DNA of 51,511 bases from Brevundimonas sp. (GTDB lineage: Bacteria; Pseudomonadota; Alphaproteobacteria; Caulobacterales; Caulobacteraceae): positions 1 through 51,511 of the forward strand of contig JBKBXN010000001.1 of NCBI GenBank assembly GCA_046314055.1, written 5' to 3'. The stretch's first letter is position 1. Each line of letters starts with the position of its first letter. Both the position numbers and the translations under genes were made by a program. Of the stretch, positions 41,464-51,509 are shown in pieces. The notes beneath the pieces were generated by a model. That model was not told where the DNA came from and did no database searches. It saw nothing but the letters and a program-made list of their open reading frames with translations.

Positions 41464-43674
41464 ATGAATCTGTATCCGGTGATCATGTGCGGCGGCGCCG
41501 GCACCCGGCTTTGGCCGGCGTCACGCCCGTCGCGGCCCAAACAGTTCATTCCGCTGTCGGGCAACCGGTCGCTGTTTCAAGAGACGGTGCTGCGGGTGGC
41601 GCCGCTGGCGGATGCAGGCGGACGCCTGATCGTCGTCGGGGGCGTGGCGCACCGCGAGGCCATCCTCGCGCAACTGGCTGAACTGGGCGTGACCGCCCAG
41701 ATCCTTCTAGAGCCGGAAGCGCGAGATTCCGCTGCGGCCATGGCTGTCGCTGCGGCCTGGACGGCGCGGCGCGACCCGAAAGGCGTCAATGTGTTCGTCG
41801 CATCCGATCACCACATTCCGGATCATCAAGCCTTCCGTATCGCCGCTGAGCGGGCAGCCGAGGCGGCGCAGGACGGCTTGATCGTGACCCTTGGCGTCAC
41901 GCCGACCGAACCGTCGTCCGCCTACGGCTATATTGCGGCGGAGGGCCAAGGCCTGTCCGCCGTAAAAGCCTTCGTCGAAAAGCCGGACCGCGAGACCGCT
42001 GAACGTTACATCGCCGACGGCTATCTGTGGAACAGCGGCAATTTCATCGTCTCGGCCGCCACCCTGCTGGGCGAGTTGCAGGCCGCCGCACCTGCGGTGG
42101 AGGCCGCCGCGCGCGAGGCCCTGCCGGAGGAAGGCGACGGCGACCTCGCTGTTTTGGGTGAGGCGTTCCGGAGCGCGCCCAAGATATCGATCGACTACGC
42201 CGTCATGGAAAAGACCAAACGCGCCTCGGTCCTGGCCGTGGATTTCGAATGGTCTGATCTCGGCGCGTGGGACGCCGTCGCCGCCACAGGCGAGGGCGAC
42301 CTCGGCAGTTTCGTCTTCGAGGACGCAGAAGGCTGTATGGCGCGAGCGCCGGAAGGCATGGTCGTCGCGGCCATCGGCGTACGAAACCTGGCCATTGTCG
42401 TTGAACATGACGCCGTTCTGGTGTGCGACCTCAACCGCAGCCAGGACGTGAAAAAAGTCGTCGAACGATTGAAGCTGTCGTCGCCTCAGCATCTGGATTT
42501 CCCACCTCCTGCCTTGGAGTCCTTGCTGGTCGGCGGCGCGCGGTTCACCCGGTGGCTGAACATGCGCGCCTTGCCGATCTGGAGTTCGCTGGGGCAGGCT
42601 TCCGATGGCGCGTTCGCGGAACTGCTCGGCCTCGACGGGCGGCAGGTCGAAAGCCAACGGCGCGCCCGTGTTCAGGCGCGGCAGGTTCAGGTGTTCGCCG
42701 ACGCAGGTCGTATGGGTTGGCGCGGCCCGTGGCGCGAGATCGTGCAAAACGGTCTGATGCGGATCGAGGCGGCCTATCTCCGGCCCGACGGATTGATGCG
42801 GACCGTGCTGGCCGCCGACGGATCGCCGCTCGACGATACGCCGATGCTGTATGATCAGGCCTTCCACCTCTTCGCGCTGGCCGCCGCCGTGCAGGCAGGC
42901 CTGGAGGGCGGGCATGAAGCGCGGGCCAAGGCGATCCGAGACCGTCTCCTCGCCGATGCTCCGCCGACCGGCGGGTTGATCGAGAACGGCGCCTATCCAT
43001 TCCAGTCCAACTGCCACATGCACCTGCTTGAAGCGGCCTTGGCCTGGGAGGCTGTCAGCGAAGACGCGGGCTGGAGCGCGTTCAGCGACCGGATTGTCAG
43101 CTTGGCGCGTCAGCACTTCATCGACGCCGAGGGCGGCTTCCTGCGCGAGTTCTTCGCCGAAGACTGGTCGCCGGCGGCGGGCGATGACGGCCGACTGGTC
43201 GAGCCGGGTCATCAGTTCGAATGGGCCTGGCTGCTGGCCCGCTACGGCCGCGCGCGTGGCGATGCGTCCGTGATCGAAGCGGCGCGCAAGCTTTACGCCT
43301 TCGGTCTGCGCGGCGTCGGGCCGCGTCGTCAGGTCGCCGTAGACGCCATGGATCAGGACGGCGTCGTCCTCAGCCGCCGGGCCCGCCTGTGGCCGCAGAC
43401 GGAGTGGATGAAAGCCTCGCTGATACTCGCGGAACTTTCCGATGACGGCGACCGGTCGGGACTGCTCGAACAGGCCGCCATGGCGCAACGGGCCGTGTGG
43501 CGTTACCTAACCGACGATGGCCTGTGGCGGGACAAGCTGCTGGAGAACGGCCAGTTCATCGACGAGCCCGCGCCCGCCAGTTCCTTCTACCACATCATGG
43601 CGGCCTGGGTTCAGCTGCGGTCCACTGCCGAGGCCGTCGGGTTGCAAGGCCAGGACTCGCTCAAACTCGGTTAA
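41464..43674 (+). CDS. manC: Mannose-1-phosphate guanylyltransferase fused to an AGE-family isomerase domain
   Basis: N-half: GGAGTRLWP.SR..PKQF, FVEKP, WNSG.F, SIDYAVME, WSDLG.W. C-half: RARVQARQ, YDQAF, N.HMHLLEA, EPGHQFEW, RLWPQTE, YH. Confidence 0.88.
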   Translation: MNLYPVIMCGGAGTRLWPASRPSRPKQFIPLSGNRSLFQETVLRVAPLADAGGRLIVVGGVAHREAILAQLAELGVTAQILLEPEARDSAAAMAVAAAWTARRDPKGVNVFVASDHHIPDHQAFRIAAERAAEAAQDGLIVTLGVTPTEPSSAYGYIAAEGQGLSAVKAFVEKPDRETAERYIADGYLWNSGNFIVSAATLLGELQAAAPAVEAAAREALPEEGDGDLAVLGEAFRSAPKISIDYAVMEKTKRASVLAVDFEWSDLGAWDAVAATGEGDLGSFVFEDAEGCMARAPEGMVVAAIGVRNLAIVVEHDAVLVCDLNRSQDVKKVVERLKLSSPQHLDFPPPALESLLVGGARFTRWLNMRALPIWSSLGQASDGAFAELLGLDGRQVESQRRARVQARQVQVFADAGRMGWRGPWREIVQNGLMRIEAAYLRPDGLMRTVLAADGSPLDDTPMLYDQAFHLFALAAAVQAGLEGGHEARAKAIRDRLLADAPPTGGLIENGAYPFQSNCHMHLLEAALAWEAVSEDAGWSAFSDRIVSLARQHFIDAEGGFLREFFAEDWSPAAGDDGRLVEPGHQFEWAWLLARYGRARGDASVIEAARKLYAFGLRGVGPRRQVAVDAMDQDGVVLSRRARLWPQTEWMKASLILAELSDDGDRSGLLEQAAMAQRAVWRYLTDDGLWRDKLLENGQFIDEPAPASSFYHIMAAWVQLRSTAEAVGLQGQDSLKLG

Positions 43675-43928
43675 GTCTCGCAAAGCTTTGCGGCGTAGGA
43701 GCTGGTACATCCGACCGGCGCCGTAAACGGCCCGATTCATGCCCGTGCTGGAGCAGCGGCAGGGCTTTAAGATCGACTGCCCCGAGGAAGTCGTCCTCAA
43801 GGATGGGCTTTTTAAACTTTGCGAGGTTGGATCGCCTCGCCGACTTCGTCATTTGGCGTGGTCTGCCTCTAGATGCTATGGCAATCATAGATTGCCAATG
43901 TGGCATCCGGGGGGTGTTTGTGGGTGGC

Positions 43929-44909
43929 ATGGTCCTTGTCGCCGGCGGGGCCGGCTACGTTGGCTCGCATGTCTGTCTGGCTCTGTCGCAGGCGGGGTTC
44001 CGGCCGGTCGTCTATGACAATCTGTCGAACGGTCACGCCGCTTTCGTCCAGTGGGGGGAGCTGGAGACCGGCGACATCCGTGACGGAGCTCGATTGGACG
44101 CGGTCATCGCCAAGCACAAACCCGTCGCCGTCCTGCATTTCGCCGCCCTGATCGAGGTCGGGGAATCGGTCAAGGAGCCCGGCCGCTTCTATGAGAACAA
44201 CGTCGCCGGGGCGATAACCCTGATCGAGGCGGCGCGGCGCGGCGGGATCGAGGTCATGGTCTTCTCCTCGACCTGCGCCACCTATGGCGACCCGGTGCGG
44301 CTGCCGATGGACGAGAGCCATCCTCAGGCGCCGCTGAACCCCTATGGCCGGACAAAGCTGATGGTCGAACAGGCCCTTGCCGACTATTCGACCTACGCCG
44401 GCTTCCGTTCGGTCTGCCTGCGCTATTTCAACGCCGCAGGGGCGGACGAAGAGGGCCGGATCGGCGAACGCCACCACCCGGAAACCCACGCCATCCCCCT
44501 GGCCTTGCAGACCGCCCTGGGCCAGCGTCAGGGCTTCAAACTGTTCGGCGACGACTACGACACTCGCGACGGCACGGCGGTGCGCGACTACATCCACGTC
44601 ATGGATCTGGCCGACGCCCATGTGCGGGCGCTGAAATATCTGCTCGATGGCGGCGAGACGACGGTCTTCAATCTGGGGACCGGCACGGGCACGACGGTCA
44701 AGGAACTGATCGACACCATCCGCCGCACCACCAACCAGCCCTTCCCGGTCGAGACCACGCCGCGCCGGCCCGGCGACGCCCCCTGCCTGGTGGCGAACAA
44801 CAGGCGGGCGCGCGAGGTGCTGGGCTGGGCCCCGACCCGGACGCTGGACGACATTGTCCGCACCGCCTGGCGTTGGCATGCGGCCGAGCGGGATCGTCTG
44901 CCGACCTGA
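43929..44909 (+). CDS. galE: UDP-glucose 4-epimerase
   Basis: GGAGYVGSH, HFAALIEVGES, FSSTCATYG, YGRTK, LRYFNAAGA, DGTAVRDYIHV.DLA. Confidence 0.93.
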   Translation: MVLVAGGAGYVGSHVCLALSQAGFRPVVYDNLSNGHAAFVQWGELETGDIRDGARLDAVIAKHKPVAVLHFAALIEVGESVKEPGRFYENNVAGAITLIEAARRGGIEVMVFSSTCATYGDPVRLPMDESHPQAPLNPYGRTKLMVEQALADYSTYAGFRSVCLRYFNAAGADEEGRIGERHHPETHAIPLALQTALGQRQGFKLFGDDYDTRDGTAVRDYIHVMDLADAHVRALKYLLDGGETTVFNLGTGTGTTVKELIDTIRRTTNQPFPVETTPRRPGDAPCLVANNRRAREVLGWAPTRTLDDIVRTAWRWHAAERDRLPT

Positions 44910-45373
44910 TCGCGTTTGCGGCTACCGCCGTATGGGGCGCGGGTCGTTCCGAGCCGGAGACGTCGAGCCGCGGCCCAATCCGAAGCCCCCCAGCCGCTGA
45001 GAGGCAGGCTGTCGCGTCTTGCGCCCTTCCTCTTCTCGACCCTGGGCTGTAGCTCTGGGCCGGTGCGCCGGCGGGCTTAATTTCGGGTAAGGGTATTAGA
45101 ACTTAACGATATTTCGTTAGGTACACTTCCTTATCCGGCGCTTGAGGCCGGTTTAACCGTCCCCGGTAATGATGAGCATTGGTTGTGGGGCGATGCGTCC
45201 TGCGGATGGGCTCAGACGATGATGTGCGCGTCGAACGAAGAGGCTTGCGGTTTGAACCGTCGCCGACCCACGTCCCAGCCGAAATTTCAGACCATTTTCT
45301 ATTCATGCCCGGTCGTCGCTCGGCCGGTCGTTTGCGTCATTCGTCATTGATCGTTTGCTCGGGGAGATAGGCC

Positions 45374-47056
45374 ATGCGTTTCACCATCAAGGCCAAGTTG
45401 ATCGTGACCTTCGGGTTGCTGATCGTGGCGATCGCCGTCTTGGTCGGCGTCTCTCTCAGTCACCTGTCGTCGCTTCACGCCGCGATCCATGACGTGGTCG
45501 CGGGGCCGGCCGCACAGTTGAGCAGGGCTCAGAGCGTGCAGACTGAATTCAGCAGCTATGTGAGACGCGAGCGCGGCATGCTGCTGACCGCGGATCCCGA
45601 GGCGGTGCGGGAGTTTTCCGACGAAGTCAGTCAAGGGCGAGCCGCGCTGGAGGAAATGTTGGCGCAAGGCCAGGCCGCCGCATCGGGCGACGCCAAGGCT
45701 GAGTGGGTCGCACTGGCGAGCGCCTGGTCGGAGTACAAGCCGATCAGCGAAGAAATCCATCGGCTGGCCCTGGAGGGCGACAATGCCGGCGCCAGGGCGG
45801 TGATGATGACCGAGGCGCGGGCCAGCCTGTCCAAGATCGAGGAGACGTCGCACAGTATCGTCGCCACCGACAAGGCGATGATGGCTCAGGCCGAAGAAGG
45901 CGCCAGGGCGGTGTTCGAGGAGGCGCGTATCGGCCTGATCGTCGCCGCAGTCGTCGCCCTGATCGGGGCGGTGGTCGGCTGCATCGGCATCACCCTGATC
46001 GTCCGCAAAGGCCTGCAACGCGCGTCCGAAGCTGTCCGTTCTGTCGCTGAGGGCGACCTGACCCGCACTGTGGTCATCACCAGCAAGGACGAGATCGGCG
46101 ACATGCTGGGCGACCTCAACAGTATGATCGAGCGCCTGCGCGGCGTGGTCGGCGACGCGCTGACGGCGGCCGATAATGTCTCCTCGGGCAGCCAGGAACT
46201 GTCGTCCTCTTCCGAGCAGATGAGCCAGGGCGCGACCGAACAGGCCGCCGCCGCCGAACAGGCCTCGGCCTCGATGGAAGAAATGGCCGCCAATATCAAA
46301 CAGAACGCCGACAACGCCGCCCAGACCGAGAAGATCTCGCGCCAGTCGTCCAAGGACGCTGAAGTCAGCGGCGAGGCCGTGCACCGCGCCGTCGAGGCCA
46401 TGCGCACCATCGTCGCCAAGATCGGCATCGTGCAGGAAATCGCCCGTCAGACCGACCTGCTGGCCCTGAACGCGGCGGTCGAGGCCGCCCGCGCCGGGGA
46501 ACACGGCAAGGGCTTCGCCGTCGTCGCCTCGGAAGTGCGCAAACTGGCTGAACGCAGCCAGACGGCCGCCGCCGAAATCGGCGCCGTGTCGGGCGATACG
46601 GTCAAGGCGGCTCAGGAAGCCGGCGAAATGTTGCAACGCCTGGTGCCGGACATCCGCAAGACGGCCGAACTGGTGTCCGAGATCAGCGCCGCCTGCCGCG
46701 AGCAGGACGTCGGCGCAAGCCAGATCAACGAGGCGATCCAGCAACTGGACAAGGTGATCCAGCAGAACGCCGGCGCGGCCGAGGAAATGTCGGCCACCTC
46801 CGAGGAACTGGCGGCCCAGGCCGAGGAACTGCAGACCTCGATCGCCTTCTTCCGCACCGATACGGCGGGAACGCCCGCTCGGGCTCCGGTCCGGGTGCGC
46901 GCGCGTCCTACGGCTTTCAAGGCTGCGCGGCCGGTGTCTCCCTTGATCGCGAGGCCGAATGTCCATGCCCAGCAGGCTAGGGCCAAGGGCTTTGCTCTCG
47001 ACATGACCACGGGCGGCGCGGACGCCGAGGACATGGACTTCCGGGAAAGCGCCTGA
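45374..47056 (+). CDS. Methyl-accepting chemotaxis protein
   Basis: TM-periplasmic helical domain-TM-HAMP, signalling tip [40 protein letters not shown]; GGAG RBS. Confidence 0.95.
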   Translation: MRFTIKAKLIVTFGLLIVAIAVLVGVSLSHLSSLHAAIHDVVAGPAAQLSRAQSVQTEFSSYVRRERGMLLTADPEAVREFSDEVSQGRAALEEMLAQGQAAASGDAKAEWVALASAWSEYKPISEEIHRLALEGDNAGARAVMMTEARASLSKIEETSHSIVATDKAMMAQAEEGARAVFEEARIGLIVAAVVALIGAVVGCIGITLIVRKGLQRASEAVRSVAEGDLTRTVVITSKDEIGDMLGDLNSMIERLRGVVGDALTAADNVSSGSQELSSSSEQMSQGATEQAAAAEQASASMEEMAANIKQNADNAAQTEKISRQSSKDAEVSGEAVHRAVEAMRTIVAKIGIVQEIARQTDLLALNAAVEAARAGEHGKGFAVVASEVRKLAERSQTAAAEIGAVSGDTVKAAQEAGEMLQRLVPDIRKTAELVSEISAACREQDVGASQINEAIQQLDKVIQQNAGAAEEMSATSEELAAQAEELQTSIAFFRTDTAGTPARAPVRVRARPTAFKAARPVSPLIARPNVHAQQARAKGFALDMTTGGADAEDMDFRESA

Positions 47057-47538
47057 TGTCCGGGGCCGCCGAGGGCCAGTATGTCGCGTTCGGCCTGGGC
47101 GACGAGGTCTTCGCCGCCCCGGTCGGCCTGGTGCGGGAAATCCTGACCTATCAGGCCCCCTCGCGCATCCCCAACGGTCCCGACTATCTGCTGGGCCTGA
47201 CGGACGTGCGGGGCCGGGGCGTGCCGACGGCGGATCTGCGGATCCGCCTGGGCATGGCGCCGGTCGAGCCGACGCTGAACACCCGCATCCTGGTGCTGGA
47301 CATTCCGCTGGAGGATCGGATGCTTAGCCTGGGCCTAGTCGCCGATCGGGTGTCCGAAGTCGCCGCCTTCACCGCTGACGAGATCGAGCCGTCGCCCGAC
47401 ATCGGCGTCAACTGGCGCTCGGACTATATCTCGGGCGTCGTGCGTCGTGACGACGGCTTCGTGGTGCTGATTGACCTCGTGGGCCTTCTGTCGACGACCG
47501 AGGTCGCCGCCCTGGACTCCGTCTCGCGCGCGGCCTGA
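47056..47538 (+). CDS. cheW: Chemotaxis coupling protein CheW
   Basis: F.LGDE.FA.....VREIL, P.YLLGLTDVRG..VP..DLR, GLVADRVSEV; TGATG overlap with the MCP gene. Confidence 0.92.
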   Translation: MSGAAEGQYVAFGLGDEVFAAPVGLVREILTYQAPSRIPNGPDYLLGLTDVRGRGVPTADLRIRLGMAPVEPTLNTRILVLDIPLEDRMLSLGLVADRVSEVAAFTADEIEPSPDIGVNWRSDYISGVVRRDDGFVVLIDLVGLLSTTEVAALDSVSRAA

Positions 47539-47672
47539 ACGGCCGGCTCCTGTCCTGGGCGTTGGAAGTGCGGGATTGCGGCTTGGGGACCCGCGTCTGA
47601 ATCGGTCGTTGCAACGTAAATGAGGCGCGGAAGGCTTTCCCTTCTCCGCCTCGCATCGCTATTAGGCCCGCA

Positions 47673-48269
47673 ATGACCGACGCTCCTCCCACCGCCCCCG
47701 CCGCCCGATTGACCCAGGCCGACGCCGAGGCTGCTGTCCGCACCCTGATTGAGTGGGCGGGCGATAATCCTGACCGCGAGGGCTTGCTGGAGACGCCGGC
47801 GCGGGTTGCGCGCAGCTATCGCGAGCTGTTTTCCGGCTATGAGACCGATCCCCTTTCCTATCTCGAAAAGACCTTTGAGGAGACGGGCGGCTACGACCAA
47901 CTGGTGGTGCTGAAGGACATCCGTTTCGTCAGCTTCTGCGAACATCACATGTTGCCGGTCGTGGGGCGGGCGCATGTGGCCTATCTGCCGACCGACCGCG
48001 TCGTCGGCATCTCCAAGCTGGCGCGGGTGGTGCGCGGCTTCGCCCGGCGCCTGCAGATTCAGGAGAAGATGACGGCCGAGATCGCCGAGGCCATCCAGAC
48101 CGTGCTGAAACCCCAGGGCGTCGGCGTGGTGATCGAGGCCGAGCACAGCTGCATGACCCTGCGTGGGGTCAACGCCCCCGGCGCCAGTCTGACGACAAGT
48201 CATCTGATCGGCGTGGTCCGCGACGACCCACGCACGCGCGAGGAATTTCTGCGTCTCGTGCGCGGCTGA
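47673..48269 (+). CDS. folE: GTP cyclohydrolase I
   Basis: REGLLETPARV, SFCEHHMLP, GISKLAR, RRLQIQE, HSCM.LRG. Confidence 0.96.
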   Translation: MTDAPPTAPAARLTQADAEAAVRTLIEWAGDNPDREGLLETPARVARSYRELFSGYETDPLSYLEKTFEETGGYDQLVVLKDIRFVSFCEHHMLPVVGRAHVAYLPTDRVVGISKLARVVRGFARRLQIQEKMTAEIAEAIQTVLKPQGVGVVIEAEHSCMTLRGVNAPGASLTTSHLIGVVRDDPRTREEFLRLVRG

Positions 48270-48327
48270 GGCGCTTCCGGCCTGCGGCCCGGCTCTTGCG
48301 AGGTCGGGGTCTTAGGAGGCGTTTCCC

Positions 48328-49485
48328 GTGCCCTGGACCCTGATTTCGACCCGAAACGAAACAACCCCGATCGCGCGGGGCGGCTGGTTGGACGCCCTGC
48401 GTTTCATCGTGGCCTTCCTGATCATCCTGCACCACTATCAGGCTGCGGGACCGGTCCCTCTGGCCGAGGCCGTCCATCCGGTGTTCGAACGGGGCGGCTT
48501 CCTGCTGACCAACTTCTTCCTGATCGATTCCGGCTATGTGCTGATGCGGGTCTATGGCGCGGCGGTGGGGCAGGGGCGGATGTCGCCGGGCGACTTCTTC
48601 CTGAAGCGGTTCCTGCGCGTCGTTCCGGCCCATCTGATCCTGGGTCTGGCGTTGGTCGCTCTAGTGGTGCTGGGTACGGCGCTGGGCGCCGCGCCGCGTA
48701 ATCCGGAGTGGTTCCGCTGGGATCAACTGCCGGCTCAACTGTTGCTGCTTCAGGCTTATGGGGTGCATGGCGGCCTGGGCTGGAACGCGCCGACCTGGTC
48801 GATCTCCGCCTTGATCGGCTGCTATCTGTGCTTTCCCTGGATCCTGCGCGGGCTGACCCGGCTGGGCCCCTGGGCGGCTTTGGGCATGGGGATCGGCGCC
48901 TATCTGGTCGCCAATCAGCTGTGCTGGAGCCTGCTGGGCTATCCTGTCTATCAGATGCCCATGGGCTATGGCTTCGTGCGGGCCCTGCCGCTGTTCTTCC
49001 TCGGCATGAGCCTGGCATGGTTCGCCCAGAAGGTCTGGATCGACCCCCGCTTCGCCGGCTGGGCCGGCGTCGCTGCCTTTTGCGGTCTGGCGATCGCCCA
49101 GGCCTCCGACAAGAACGCCCTGATCTCCCTGGCCATGATCTCGATCATCATCCTGGCCGCCGGGGCTGTGCCGGTGCGTCGGCCGTCGAAATGGGTCGAG
49201 ACCGCGGCTATGGTCTCCTTCTCCATGTTCATTTCGAATGAGGTGGTTCGCATCGCCTGGTTCGGCGTGTCCAATGTCGCGGTCTCCCGCTTCGCCTTGT
49301 CGGAGCCGGTTCAGTGGGCCCTGTGGGGCGGCGGCGTTCTGGCGGCGGTCGCCTTCGCCTTCGCCTTCCACTTCGTGGTTGATGACCGGATACAGTCGCA
49401 GATCCGGGGCGGGTTGAAGCGGCGCCAGGTGCGGGCCACAGGGCCGGCGCCCAAAGTGGGGCCAATCCAGCCGCTCCAAGGCTAG
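48328..49485 (+). CDS. Acyltransferase 3 family (polysaccharide O-acetyltransferase-like)
   Basis: LDALRF.....II.HH, FF..SGYV, KRFLR, N.PTWSIS; many TMs. Confidence 0.82.
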   Translation: MPWTLISTRNETTPIARGGWLDALRFIVAFLIILHHYQAAGPVPLAEAVHPVFERGGFLLTNFFLIDSGYVLMRVYGAAVGQGRMSPGDFFLKRFLRVVPAHLILGLALVALVVLGTALGAAPRNPEWFRWDQLPAQLLLLQAYGVHGGLGWNAPTWSISALIGCYLCFPWILRGLTRLGPWAALGMGIGAYLVANQLCWSLLGYPVYQMPMGYGFVRALPLFFLGMSLAWFAQKVWIDPRFAGWAGVAAFCGLAIAQASDKNALISLAMISIIILAAGAVPVRRPSKWVETAAMVSFSMFISNEVVRIAWFGVSNVAVSRFALSEPVQWALWGGGVLAAVAFAFAFHFVVDDRIQSQIRGGLKRRQVRATGPAPKVGPIQPLQG

Positions 49486-49587
49486 GCCTTGGGCAGCGGG
49501 TTCATTAAAGCTTGGGATTGATGTTGCCCTCGGGTAACAGAACAATGTTCTGATCGTTGCCGCAGCATTTTATCTTGCGTTGCAACA

Positions 49588-49603
49588 TTACTCGCCGCTT
49601 AAC
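49588..49603 (+). promoter_or_regulatory. Putative CtrA box
   Basis: TTAC-tcgccgc-TTAAC, one mismatch from TTAA-N7-TTAAC, about 35 bp upstream of the sugar transferase. Confidence 0.4.
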
Positions 49604-49637
49604 TATTCGCGGGCCTGTGGCGAGGGAGGGGAAAAGG

Positions 49638-50333
49638 ATGTTTGACAGCTTGTCCAATCCGTCGCTGGCTGCGGCTCCGGCGATCTCGCCTCACGCAACG
49701 CCACCCGAAAAAGTCTGGACTCCTACGTTCCGCCGCGGCTCCGGCTCCGCCGCCTGCAAGCGCGCTATGGATTTGATCTTGGCGGGGGGCGCCCTGCTTG
49801 TTCTTTTGCCGGCTCTTTTGATGATCGCCTTGGCGGTCGTCGTCGAAAGCCGCGGCCCGGTCTTGTTCCGTCAGCGCCGCACGGGTCGCGACGGCAAGGT
49901 CTTCACCATCCTCAAGTTCCGCAGCATGACGGTGACCGAGGACGGGGACAAGATCGCCCACGCGTCCAAGAACGACAAGCGGGTCACCCGCGTCGGCGCC
50001 TTCATCCGCGCCACCAGCCTGGACGAACTGCCGCAACTGCTGAACGTCGTCATGGGCGACATGTCCCTGGTCGGGCCGCGTCCGCACGCCCTGGCGCACG
50101 ACAATCACTACGGCGCCCTGCTGCCGCGCTACGCCGAGCGGTTCGCCGTGCGTCCCGGTTTGACAGGGCTGGCCCAGATCCTGGGCCTGCGTGGCGAGAT
50201 CCATCAGCTCAGCTGCATGGCGCGCCGCGTCGAGGCCGATGTCGAATACGCGATCGGCTGGACCTTCCGCGACGACCTGCTGATCATCTGGCGCACGGTT
50301 CCGATGATCCTGAAGCGCGTCAACGCCTACTGA
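49638..50333 (+). CDS. Priming sugar transferase (polyprenyl-phosphate glycosylphosphotransferase, WcaJ C-terminal-like)
   Basis: [58 protein letters not shown]. Confidence 0.92.
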   Translation: MFDSLSNPSLAAAPAISPHATPPEKVWTPTFRRGSGSAACKRAMDLILAGGALLVLLPALLMIALAVVVESRGPVLFRQRRTGRDGKVFTILKFRSMTVTEDGDKIAHASKNDKRVTRVGAFIRATSLDELPQLLNVVMGDMSLVGPRPHALAHDNHYGALLPRYAERFAVRPGLTGLAQILGLRGEIHQLSCMARRVEADVEYAIGWTFRDDLLIIWRTVPMILKRVNAY

Positions 50334-50396
50334 TCGCAGCGGGCTGTTGTGGCCCGCCGCATTTTCAAACCGATCTGCACGTCAGGCCTCTAGGCC

Positions 50397-51509
50397 TCAG
50401 TCCTCGTCGTCGTCCTCGGACGGCTCTGGGATTTCGGGCGTGACCACCGTGGGGGCGATGGTCTTGATCTCGCCCAGCTTGGCGCCGGGGAAGGCCAGCA
50501 GCACCGCCTTGATGAAGGGGTCGGCCTCGACCTTCTCGCGTTCGGCGGCCCGCTCCTTCTTTTGACGTTCGATCAGGGTCTCGCCGCCGCCCTGGCCGTT
50601 GGCGGCGATCAGCCAGGTGCGGCCAGTCCATTCCCGCAGTCGGCCGGCCAGACGCCGCGCCAGTTCGACCGGCGCGCCCTCGACGCTTTCATAGACGATG
50701 GCGCCGGGCTTGAACGAGACGGGTTTGACGAACCGTTCGACGTCCATCTGCAGCCCGACTTCGCGTTTCTCGCCGATCAGGGCGACGACCTGTTCGAAGC
50801 TCTGTGGGTCGGGCAGGGCGGGGGCCATGACGGGACGGGCGGCCAGCTGAGCGGAGCTTCCGCCACCGCTGCTGCCTCCGCCACCGCCGCGCGGGGCCGA
50901 ACCGCCGCCGAAGGGTTCGCCCGACTGGAGCCGTTTCAGCGCCTCCTCCGGTCCGGGCAGGTCGGCGGCATAGGCCAGGCGGACAATGGCCATTTCTACG
51001 GCGTCGGCCGGATTGGGGGCGCGTCTCACCTCGTCCAGCGCCTTCAGCAGCATCTGCCAGGTGCGCGACAGGGTGGCCGCGGGAATGGCGGCGCCCAGGG
51101 CGGCCAGCTTCTGCGCCTGGTCATTGGGCAGGCGGGTGGCGTTCGGGCCCAGCATCTTGGCGACCGAGGCGGCATGGCAGTGTTCCAGCAGGTCGTTGGT
51201 CACCTGCACCGGATCGGCGCCGAAGCCGTACAGGGTGCGGAAATTCTCCAGCGCCTCGGGCGTGCGGCCGGCCATTACGGATTCGAACAGGGCGATGGTC
51301 TGGCTACGGTCGGCAAGGCCCAGCATGTCGCGCACGGTCTCGGTCTTGACCATCTGACCGCGCTCAGCCTGGACCAGGGCCTGGTCCAGCAGGGACAGGC
51401 CGTCCCGTACCGACCCTTCGGCGGCGCGCGAGATCAGGGCCAGGGCGTCCTGTTCGATCTTCATGCCCTCGCGTTCGGCGATCCGGCCCAGGTGATCGAC
51501 CAGGATCTC
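50397..51509 (-). CDS. dnaX: DNA polymerase III subunit gamma/tau (5' end outside window)
   Basis: ALALISRAAEGSVRDGLSLLDQA, RTWQMLLK, EMAIVRL; frame stays open to the window edge. Confidence 0.93.
   Translation of the reverse strand, partial: EILVDHLGRIAEREGMKIEQDALALISRAAEGSVRDGLSLLDQALVQAERGQMVKTETVRDMLGLADRSQTIALFESVMAGRTPEALENFRTLYGFGADPVQVTNDLLEHCHAASVAKMLGPNATRLPNDQAQKLAALGAAIPAATLSRTWQMLLKALDEVRRAPNPADAVEMAIVRLAYAADLPGPEEALKRLQSGEPFGGGSAPRGGGGGSSGGGSSAQLAARPVMAPALPDPQSFEQVVALIGEKREVGLQMDVERFVKPVSFKPGAIVYESVEGAPVELARRLAGRLREWTGRTWLIAANGQGGGETLIERQKKERAAEREKVEADPFIKAVLLAFPGAKLGEIKTIAPTVVTPEIPEPSEDDDED

Noticed and set aside
43497-43928. 144-aa N-terminal extension of GalE
   Set aside because: Overlaps the manC fusion end and intergenic DNA; the Rossmann motif begins right after the ATG at 43929.
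45077-45170. Possible CtrA sites upstream of the MCP gene
   Set aside because: Only TTAA(C) half-sites; none has a good partner at 7-bp spacing.
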